IMG/VR virus record: IMGVR_UViG_3300036985_003303
Span: 53,347-117,346 of that record
Length of the DNA stretch: 64,000 nucleotides
Reading direction: 5' to 3' (one strand)
Origin: a virus
A program made the position numbers and the translations under genes. How positions within the stretch are numbered: the stretch's first letter is position 1; every line of letters starts with the position of its first letter. Below the pieces are notes generated by a model that had not been told where the DNA came from, did not search any database, and worked only from the letters and a program-made list of their open reading frames with translations. This document shows, in pieces, positions 38,362 through 50,300 of the stretch.

Positions 38362-41300
38362 ATGAATATTTGTATTACTCCGGAGTCAATTAAATTATTT
38401 GGTTCATTCATAAATAGAAAATTAGGCGAGAGGTTAACAAATGACAAATCAGGTGAAGCATTATTGAATGAATTGTTCAATGATGCTTTAACTGTTTTTA
38501 GTGGAAATGGATTAACCGCAGATAGAAATAAAGAATTGGTGCTTCAACACATGAGCATTATTCCTCAGATTGTATTAAAACATACCGCTGACAATCCAAA
38601 ATTAACAAATGCAAAGTCACTACCTCTTTTTAGAGATCTTGCTTTACAAGTGATGAATGCGGCTGAAGACGAAAACACAAATAAATTCCAAAATGTCATT
38701 GATAGATTTGGTGGGTTTATTGGAAACAATAGTGATGTTGTTGTTACAGAAGGAGATCCGCTGGAAAGATTTGAAGCAGTGTCCATGGAGTTGGCTAAGA
38801 CTAGTAATCAAGAAGCCATTTATAATCCAGTTTTAAATAGTTATGCTGAGAATATTTTAGATCCAAGAAAAGAATTGGAGTTTAAGGTTGCTCGCAATAT
38901 TCTTAACAAGCAAAACGCGGCAGCACTAAAATTTAAAATTACTACACTTGGTGCAATTCAAAGTGAACAAAACTTTGATAATACTACAGGAACCACAGAT
39001 CCAAACTTGCCGGTATTAATTTTAATTGATTCCAACAACAATGTAGCAACTTTTGATTCTGATGGTAATTTAAACAAGGATGGTAAGTTTGTTGCATTTA
39101 CTGTAAAAACAAACAGAGAAGCTTTGCAGTATCAAGAAAGAATGATTGCAAAAAGTTTGTTGCAATCAGGAACTGTTGATTCAGAAATAAAAGCTGCAGC
39201 ATTAGCAAAAGCGCAAGTTGATAAATTTGTTAAATCTTTTGAAGCATCTTTAACTAAAGCTAAAGCAGGGACTACTGTTTTTATGAACATTGATTTATCA
39301 AGAAGTTCAATTGGCCTAGTTGCTTTAAATAGAAATATTCAAACACCGCTTACAGAAGTTTCAAATATTAGCACATCTGCTGCAGATGGCCTTACTACAT
39401 TAAAACAATCACCTCAAACAAAACAGTTTTATCCTGTTTTAGCTGTACAAAATACTAATACAGAAGAAAGAGTTTTTGGAAAACATTTATCATCTTTAGC
39501 AGAAGATGAACTAGAATTGTTGCACCATATTTTAACTACTCCTGAACTTAAAATTAAAGACAGAGTTGTTTCAGATAAAAATTCCAACGGTTTAAGAAAA
39601 GATCTTATACATTTTTTCATTGATAGTTCTAATTTATTAAAAGATAAAACATGGCTTAATAATCCATTTGAATATTTCTATGAAGGTACAGGTAAAGATA
39701 AAGTAATGATGCTGCGGTTTTTAAATCAAAAACCAATTCCTGCATCTTCTTTGACTTTAGAAAAATTAAAAGAATGGACTAATGCCAAATATGGAAAACC
39801 TATATACCGTAAGTTAAATGCTGAAGAACCTGCTCCAAAAAAATCATTAGAAGAAGCTTATTTAGGTGAATACTATACAGATGCTGATGGTAATTTATTT
39901 GAAGCAGCTGGATTAAGACGATCATTTGCAAATAGACTAAATGCGTCTATGGACGATTTAATTTACATAGTTCCTTCTAAATTAGAAGATGGAGTTATTA
40001 TTTTAGGTGAGCAAATTTCAATTGGTTCACATGTAATAAAACATGGTTATACAACTATAGTACCTACGGCTGAGAATAAATTAATTGGATTAGGTTCATA
40101 TCTTGCTTTTAAAGATGGGTATGAAGCTATGATAGATAATGAAGAATCTGATTTTAATTCTAGTGATTTTGACAACATTAAATGGCGTTCAGTTCCACAG
40201 AGAAATAATTTAATACAATCTACAAAGGAACAAGATAAAAGTGTGTCTGAGTGGTGGGAAAAAAGTCCATTAAGGAATGTAGTCAATGTTAATGTCTTAA
40301 ACAAAGTCAGTGAGTTTGGACCAAACTATTTAGCAAATTTTATTGGCAACTCTATTAATTTGTATCTTGGATCTTCACCTACAGATTTGTACCATGAAGC
40401 ATTCCATGCTTATTTTGATGGAATATTATCACCTGCAGAAAGAAAAGAAATATATGATACACTTAGAAAAACTCCAGGATACTTTACAGTAACTGTAGAA
40501 GGTGTGTCTAAAGTTGTGCCTTACGATGATGCAACAAATTTAGAACTTGAAGAGTTTTTAGCTGAAAAGTTTAGAGAGTTTGCTATGGCTGGTGGTAAAA
40601 AAACTACATTCAGCAACAACAAAGTAATGGCGTTTTTCCAAAAACTGCTTTCTCTTTTAAAGAATGTATTTGGAAACATGAGTTTTGCTGAAGCTAAAGC
40701 TTTTAATAAAACTCAAGGCATTACTGATGCAATGTTTACTAGATTGTTTAAAGGTGATTTTACTGCAGATATGTTCAACATAGAAAATGCAGAAACTAAA
40801 TGGATGTCATCTGAAATAAAAACTACAACAGGAGATACATTTTCATTAGAAGAAATGCATGATGTAATGTCTAGTATGAAATCAGTAATGTCTGATTTTG
40901 TTACACAAGGTTTGAATGTTTCTCAAAATGCGGTTGATAGAAAAAATGCTACAACGTTATTGGCAAAAATGACACAGTATCCTGAGTCATCTCAGGAATA
41001 TATTGAATTGGCTACTCAGTTAGAAAACATTTCTGAAACATCAATTAGAAGTGGAGCAGGTGTATTTACTTTGGTTTCTAATCCAGAGATGTTGAATCTT
41101 ATGAGCAAATATATTTTAGCTCGTTTTAAACAAAAACTTGCTGAAACAAATGTTAAGCTTGATGCTATTGCGGGTATAAAAGATAAATCTGCAAGAGAAT
41201 TAAGTGAAAGCACTAAATTACAATTCCAAAAAGACTTACTTGAAAAAGCAATCAAGCCTGATAATTTTGGAAAACTAACAGACCTCAATGTTATTGTCAA

Positions 41301-44300
41301 AGAAAAACAAAATGATGGACAACAAGTTGAAAGAACACTGCTCCCATTGTTCTTAAAGTCCTACAGTAATTTAGTTCTAGGTAAAGAAGTATATCAGGAT
41401 GAATATGAGGCTAAGGCTTTAGAAGAAGATATTTATGTTCCAATGTGGGATAGAACTGGTAACGATCAGTTGTTTGATGACACAATTGAAAAAGGAACTA
41501 AAGCTCTTTTAGATTCTATATTTGCTTATTCTGAACAAGGAAAAGGTGTGGTGCAATTGAATGCATTAGGTTTTAAAGAAGTTCTTCCTGTTAAAAATGC
41601 TATTGCAAAAGTGGCTAAGCTCTTGCGTAACAAGCCGGATGCTATGGACATGGCAACTGTATTAAAAGAAGCTGCAAAGAATGACAAAGAAATAGATCAA
41701 GTCTTTAGAAGACTAGGTGATATATCTGAGCTAGAGTTTGCAGATACAATGACTTCAATGGAACATCGTCAATGGTCTGATTTCTGGCAGTCATTCAATA
41801 AAGCTGATGTTTTATTGAGAGAATTTATTTTAGAAAGAGAAGACATTACAAACATTGATGATGAAAGAACTGTTAAGTTAACGTCTAAGTCTGGAAAATC
41901 TCAATCTCAAAGTATTCAAATAGAAAGACAATGGGCCGCTAATTTTAAAACTACAGCACTAATAGGGGAATATTCATCAACAAACAAAGAAGGTAATCCT
42001 GTATTTGACATTGAATCACTGTTAGATGATTTAGCAAATAACGAGGACCTTTATTATGCTTTAATTGAGGGAGGCGGTAAAACATTATTAAAATCTCAAT
42101 ATGATCCAATTAGGTCTAAGAGTAGCCGATATTCAAGAACTCCTTATGTAAAAGCTATTGCTGATCCTTATTTGTTATTTGCAGCTCTTGGTATTGATTT
42201 AGTAGATGACTCTGATGTTAGACAAGTTTTATTTGAAGGAGATTCAACTTTAGGAACAAGCCCTGCAATCTCAACTTACATTGTTGAGGCGTTAAAAAAT
42301 AGAATGAATAAAGTTGTTTTTGATGAAGAAAAAGTTCCATCTTTAGATCCAAATGCAAAATTTATAACAAGTCTTTCAGATGTGTTCAAACCATTTATGT
42401 ATTTTGATGAAACTGGTAAATTACAAACACAACCAAGTCTTACTGGTTACTTAACACAACTTCGTGAGTTGCATTATGTTTACTCAAATGACTACACAAA
42501 CTTTTCAAGTTATAATTCCAAGGGTGATCTGCAAAGTGAGAAATCATTTAATTCAAGTTTGTTAAGTTTAACAGCAGCTTTGAATAACGCTGATCACATC
42601 AATGATATAATCAACACAAAAGGACTAGAGTATTTAAACCCATATACTAATCCTCAAGCTGCTGCATCTAGATGGTTGATTGATATGTTTCAATTAGATC
42701 CCGCTATTCATTCTAAAACAAAAAGAGGTAATAGAGATTACTCAATTAAAATTAGCACTGAAAATTTATCTGGATCAAAACTTATCTCTAAAGAAGAAAA
42801 ATGGGTAGAAGACATCAATTCTGAAACTGGAGATGTTACAGATAAACGCGTTACTTTTGAGTATGACAATGGTGTTGCTTCAATGGAAACTGATGAAAAA
42901 TCAAAATTTATTTCTGATTTTCATTTAACTCTTGAGGGCAAACAAGAAATCATGCGTACAGAAGCTAAGTCTACGTCAATGACTGTTTATACACCTGCCG
43001 TTAAAAGTGATGGGAGAAGAAAGAATACTAACCTCCTTATCAATATAAATGAATCCGAAAAGATTTTTGCAGAAGGATACAAAGGAGAAATCCTTTTTAC
43101 AGAATTTAAAAATCATTTAGCTGCAGAACTTATAAGAATACAGCAAATAAAAAGACTACAATCTATGATCTTGTCGGGTGAAATTAAACCTGAAGATCTT
43201 GCTATAGATGTTGCTCAGTTAAATCGCGGAGGTGATTGGTTTGTATTTGATAAAATATTTGAGGACAGCAATGATCTCAATTTGAAAAAAGACTTATTGG
43301 CATTTGACATCAACACTGTAATTTCCGAATCAGAAAATGCTCAAGGAAAAGGAAGTTTTTCAATTGATGCTTTATCTCCAGAATTAAAAACTAGGGTTGA
43401 GGATGCATTGATTAAATACTTTAATGATGAAACCACAAAGTTAAATAATGAGTTAGGTGGCAAGTTAGTTATTGGTGATAATTTATTTGAATCATACGCC
43501 AAAGAAATAGAGTCAAATCCTGAATTATCTGAAGCTGAAAACAAAGATGCAGTAAAAGAAAAAATGATTAAAGTGTTTTTGGTGAACAACTTTATTCAAA
43601 ACTTAAACTACAATGCTTTGTTTTTAGGAGATGCAACAGTACATGATGTAGAAGGAGAAGCTTTTCACAAACGTATTGCAGGATTAATCTCTACTGGTAA
43701 AATCTTTAGACATGATGGAGTTTGGATGAAGTACATTAATTCCACACAATACAATGCTTACGGATTTGCCAAAAAACATAACAAAGAAAAACCATCTATT
43801 GCTTTAGATTATGAGTACACTGGTTTTTTAAAAACAGCTATTATAAAAGAAGCTAAATCTAATTCTATTTACATAGATCATTATCAAAAACTTTTAGGTG
43901 TAGACACATCTGATTACAATAACATGGAAGAAGCTGATGGCCAGGGATGGTTATCATTTGATGCATACCGAATACTAAATGATTCAATTGGTGAGTGGTC
44001 AGATGCTCAAGAAAAAATGTATCAAAAAATGCTTGCGGGAACTAAGTTGACACAAGATGACATGCTTGCTACATTTCCTGTTAGAAAGTTCCAGTACTAT
44101 GGTAATGTTTCAAATCCAAAATCTGAAAAAATATTAAAAGATTTAGGAATTACTTTAGGTCATTCTGCATTTCATAAGTACTCATTGATGCCATTAATCC
44201 CTGCATTAATAGAAGGGACTCCTTTGCAAATCATGCATGAAAAAATGATGGAGCAAGGAATTGATTATGTGACAATGGAATCTGGATCTAAACTATCTTC

Positions 44301-47300
44301 TCTTTCAAAAGTAAAAGTGGTTGAAACAGAAAAAGGTAAAAAGATTGAAGCTGATTTTGATAATTTTTATGATGCAAACACAAGAGAATTTAATGTAGAT
44401 ATTCAGTTTACTCCAAATGTAATTCATGTCAAGTATTTAAAAAGCCAAATCTTTTTAGATGAAGGATACAAAGAACATATTACTTTACCAACGCAGGTAA
44501 GAAAAATTGCATTGATCGGTATTTTAGATGGAGGTGTCCCTACTGATTTTAAATACACAGGTAAGAAAAACAAGAAAGATGTTTGGGAGGCACTGTCTAA
44601 AAAGGATAAGCTAAAACAATCTAAAAAATGGCAATGGTATCAAGACTATACCAGCACATTAGATGAAATGCAAAATGTTTTAAGAGACAGATTGTTGGAA
44701 GACATTGCTCTTAAAGAAGATACTGTAAATGGTCAAAAGACTTATACTGGTGACTCTACAAAATTAGCAAACTACTTGAGAGAGAAGTTAAAGTCTAAAG
44801 AGGTATTGCCAGAAGAGATTAGTTATTTGATTAAACCTGATGGAACATTAATAGATGATCTGTCCCTGTCATTGATTAGCGATAAGCTAGAAGAATTGTT
44901 AGTGACTCTTGTAGATAAAACTTTAAGGAGGATTACAGTTAATGGAGAAGCTTTAGTTCAAGTTGCAGGTACAATGTTTGAAAAATTCCAAGTGACTGGC
45001 GGAATATCTGTTTCTGAAGAAATGCTTAAAAGTTCTAATCAAGCTGCTCTGTTGAAGAATGGTTCTAATGGTTTGAAGTTTTATTTCTTACAAGATGAGT
45101 TTGGAAATGAAGTTTTAGATAATGATGGCAAAGCTATTGTAAAAGGAATGGATGTTAAGATTTCACTTCAAGGTGATTTCAAAAAATTACTTTACACAGA
45201 AAATGCCAAAGGAGAAAAAATTGCCGTTTACACTGAAGATGAAAATGGTAAAAAAGTATTAGACTACAATGCATCATTACAAAGACTTAATGCTGCAATT
45301 AAAACTACATACTGGCAAAATAAATATGGAGAGTTAATTAAACTTCCTGGTGTGCGTATTCCTACGCAGGGACCAAACTCATTAGTTGCTGCTACAGTTG
45401 CAGAATTTTTACCTGAGTTTGCCGGTCCAACAATTATACTACCTACTGAAATTGTTTCTCAGTCTGGAGCTGACTTTGATATTGATAAGTTATTTATGAT
45501 GTTCATGAATATCCGAAGCTACAATGGATCTGTAGAAGCAGTAAAGTATTCACCATCAACTCGGACTTATGAAGAAATAAGAGAGAGTATTGAAAAAGAA
45601 GAGCCTAAATTAGAAAAGGCAAACACTGCATTACAAAAAAACTGGAAAGAATACACGGATTATCTTGTTGAAAAAGAAGGTTTAAATGAGTATGTTGGTG
45701 CATTTTATGGTGAGATAAGTGATCTTCAAGTAGACATTGACGCGTTGTATGCAGAAAAGAAATCTGTGTATGAAAACAAAGACTATGACTATGAGTTTCA
45801 AGAAAAACTACACGGTGAATTACAAAAACAAATTGATGCCAAAGTAGATCAAAAATTAACATTGCTAAGTTTTGCTCAAAGTGAAACAAATGCTTTCTTT
45901 GATACAGTAATTAAGAACAAAGCGGATAGAATGGCTATTGTACAAGAAAAGTATAATGAGTTCATGTCTAAAATAAACAAGAGTCAAGAGGCAGTAGATG
46001 CCATTAAGGCAAACATTGCTAACTTCCAAAGAGAACGTGATGGCAAAGGAGTTAAAGGATTAGAGAATAGGTTTTTTGATTTGTTGAATGAAAGAGTTTT
46101 AATGAATGATAACTTGAAACATTTGATTACTCCCAATACAACTAAAGATACCGAAGAACCTTCCAGAGCTGCGGGTAAATTGACTAAGAAAAACTACAAT
46201 AAAATTCAGAAAAATGGAAAAATCTCAAACACTTCCATTTTTGAGTACAGGTTTAACTTATTAAAGCATCAGGAAAATTCTGTAGGAAAAGATTCATTAG
46301 GGATTGCCGCGGTTACATCTACATTCTATGCCCTTTTTACAACATTTGGTGCAACTTTACAAGAAACAAGTAATGAAGATCAAGCTGAGTTTGTAAAAGC
46401 GTTAGAGCTTCTTCAAGACTTTGGAAAAGCAAACACACCTCAATATGCAGCAGCATTAAAAACAGTTGATACTTTTAGAAACAAAAAATTAAATTTTGTA
46501 ACTGATGCAGGTACTCCTGGATTTAATTTGAATGTTGAGAAAAATGCGATCACTTTGGGCGCAATGAAAAATGTGGATGGCTTAGAAATTTCAGATATTC
46601 TTTCTCAGTTGATTAATGGTTTTGTGGATGTTGCTAAAGATGCTTGGATTTTTGATGCTCAAGGTACTAAAGAAACTGCGCCTGTATTATTATTTATGGT
46701 GATGGCCGGTATGAATGTAACATCTGCTATTAATATGGTGAATAACCCATTAGTTTTAGAGTTCAATCAAGTACTAGAAGAATACAAAGGAGTATTTGCT
46801 GCCCTATCTGAGGATTACGAAAAAGGTCAAACTGATACAATTGGAAAAGCAGCGGAAGTATTAAGTAAAAAATATGCTAATGTTTTTAGTGATCCAACAA
46901 ATGTAACTAAAGCTAGTTCTTTAGGATCATACAATAGAATTGCAAACACTGCAAAACCTTTTACAAATGATGACATTAAAAATAGATTAGGGCAAGAACC
47001 TAACTATAGGGATATGGAAATCTTATCTCACTTTCTTCAGATAAAAGAAATGGCTCAGGCATTAACTGATTTTACAATGGTATCCAAGTTTGATACGCAA
47101 AAGGTTTCTAATATCAGTGAAGCACAAGCAAGAATTGAATCAATAGAAAAATTTAAACTAATTCCTATTGGAGAAAAGATGATTCCAAATGAATGGTTTG
47201 ACAAATTAAAAGACACGCCTGTTGGTAAATTTAATAATGATGAGTTCATTGTTGATTTGTTTTCTAAGTATTTCAAACTCAGAAACAACAAAGCTTTGAT

Positions 47301-50300
47301 TTTAAGATCTCTTGATTTACTTGATTCAAAAAGACCAAAGGGTGTAGATCAAAGAAAATTACTTGCTGATTTTAAAAATGACTTCCTTTGGTTCTTGTAT
47401 CAAAATGCAGTCTATAATGATAACAGTTATACTACAAGTCCAACAAAGTTTATCAAAGGTAATACAGAAAAAATTGAAATACCTGGAAAATCCTACACTT
47501 TAGTTGAGGATCCCTCTATTGAGTTTGGTATGGAGATTAATGAAGAAACCGGTGAAGTAAGATACAGCCCAGATGTTTATTTTAAAGAAGCAAACATGTT
47601 GGAGTTTATGCCATTCAGAAAATTCTTTAACAACACTTTACCAAAAGAATGGGTTAAGTTTAGACTTGAATACAGTAATCTTTCTAAGGTGGCTGAAACT
47701 TTAACTGTAGATGAGTTTAAAGAAAAATTCAAAGTGTTTGATCAACCAAAGAGAACATTTATGAATCAAGGTTTTGAGCAAGGAAAACTAATTATATTAG
47801 GAAGAGCTGCTTTATATAACACAGGTAACGTAGGTGCTATGTTTGATATTTCTACTGGTGCTGCATCTGTTGTTCAAAACTTAAAAGCTCTTTATCCTGA
47901 ACTAGAAAATTATGCTTTATTCAGAGATGTAAAATATGATTTTAATGAGTCTGTTAAAAAGAACAACATTTATTTCCCGCAGGTAAAAGATCCACAAATG
48001 GCTTCTATCTATAGAGAAAATATTCAAGAACTTAAAAACAGTCCACATCCTGAAGTTAAAAATTTCATCAACAAATTAAACCATCTTGCAATAATGCAGT
48101 CTGGTGTTAATCGTGCTTCAAAGTATTCTATGCTCCCAATTATTGATCAGAGTTACTTTGAACAAGCAATTACAAATCAAATTGGGCTTCCTTATATTTA
48201 TCAAGTACTAGATGAATTGCAAAAAAGTTTTGACCAAAGAGAAAACAGAAAAGAAATTGATGCACAAATTATTGATCAGTTTAAAAACTTATATCAAGGA
48301 ATGATTGCTGGCACTGGAATGCGTATGAAAGTGCGTGGTGCTAACTATCTTGTTGATAAACTAAAATTCTCAAAAGACATTGGACTTAAAAAATCAAAAG
48401 TAAGAGCAAGCAACATTACAAAAATTCCTTTAGCTAAAGCTATAACAGCAGAACAAAAAGAATTAAAACTTGAGTACTTCTATAATGATGAATCAATGAA
48501 TCCATTAGCATTTGCTGAATCAATTCAGAACATGGAATGGGTGATTAGAGATCAGAAATTTATTGCACCGGAAGGAAAAAGTCAAAAAGAATTAGATAAA
48601 GCTTTACTTGTTTTGGGTATTGACAATTCAGGTGACTTGCCAACTTTAAGATACAAAACTAAAAATGCTAAAAAAGGATTTTTATCAGTTGCTCAGTCAA
48701 ATGTTTTCAAAGAAAAATTTGCAATTAAAGATGAGGCAATGGCAAATGCTTCTAATAAAGCAATTGGAAAAGCAACTAATCCTTTTAACTCTCAGTATGA
48801 ATCATCATCTGCAGCGTATGCCGCAGCTTTAGAATCTTTTTATCCTGGAACATTAGCTAAACCTAAGTCAGCAAAAACTGAATTTGTTCCTACAGATAAA
48901 GTTTGGGTGTTTGGTAGTACTATTACTAAACGTGCATACCAAGGTAAATCGGAAGCAGAGTTTGTAACAGCTGTTCAAAAGACTTTTGATACATATCATA
49001 AGCCTCTAATAGATAAAGCTGTAGAAGCGGGTGTATCTTCATTTTTTGTAGGTACTGCAAAAGGTATAGATGACATGGCTGTAAAACATTTAGAAGATCT
49101 TGGATTTAAAAAAGTAATACGCTATTCAGAACTAGGGACATATAATGAAATGGTTTCAGCTAAAGCATTTGAAAATGTAACAGATCCAATGTATGATCCA
49201 AAGTTGGCAAACACAAAAACTATAAACTCTAGTGTGTTTAATGAACTATTAGATATACTTTATGATGATACAGAAAGAAAAACTCCTGAGTGGTTTACAA
49301 AACTTACTCAGTCTGAATTAATCAACAATGGAAAAGAGATAGTCAAAAATGAATTACGCTCAATCATTGCTGATTTAGATACCAGCTATAGAAAAAATAA
49401 TTATGTGGGCTTCCGGGTTAAATTCATCAATGAACTTAAATTTTCATCAGGTAGAATTACTGTTGGTAACACTTTGTTTGATTCATTAGTAGAAGAAACT
49501 TTAATGGAATACAGACAAGCTGTAATTGCATCTGATGCTAAATTAAATTCTGCAAAAGTTGTTGTAAAAAAACCAGCTGAAAGTAATGAACAATACAATA
49601 ATGCGCTATTAAATTATTTACTTGAAATTGAAACACCAATTTTAAAAGTTGGAGAAGAAATTGAGCTTACTTATAAAAGCAGTGACTCAGAAGGTATAGC
49701 TACTATTACAGGAATCCAAAAAATAAACAATAATTTATTCAGAATTAAACTTAGTCCAAGTAAAGGTAAAGAATATACATTTGTTGTAGATAACTTTGGT
49801 AATGGTGAAAAAGTTGATATAGAACCATATAATTTAACAGTTTTTGAAAGAGAAGTTGATGAACTTGCAATAGCAAAAAATAATCTTGATGCTTTAGAAC
49901 CAATTGAAGAGTTAGTTAAGCAAGGTTATTTATCTACTCCAATTCTTTCCCCAGTAAAAGAAAAATACAAAATATCTAAAAACATACCTATAGATTCAAG
50001 TCAAGTCCACAGTATATCTAATTCTAAAAGAGGACCAATAGAAACAAAAGAGGGTTATAAAGTAACTTTTGCTGAACATCCAAATGCTATTTTTTATTTG
50101 ACACCCAATTACTATATTATGAATGGTCAAGAAGTGCCTTCTGGTTGGAAAATAGAAAATGTTAATTCAGGCGTTCAAGCAAATAATGGAGATTCTATAA
50201 GTGAAACATTTAAAACATTTGTAAAAAAATTCAAACAGTTACAAAATGTAAGTATAAATAATGATCAGGTAGTTGAAATCATTACTGTTACAGGAATGGA

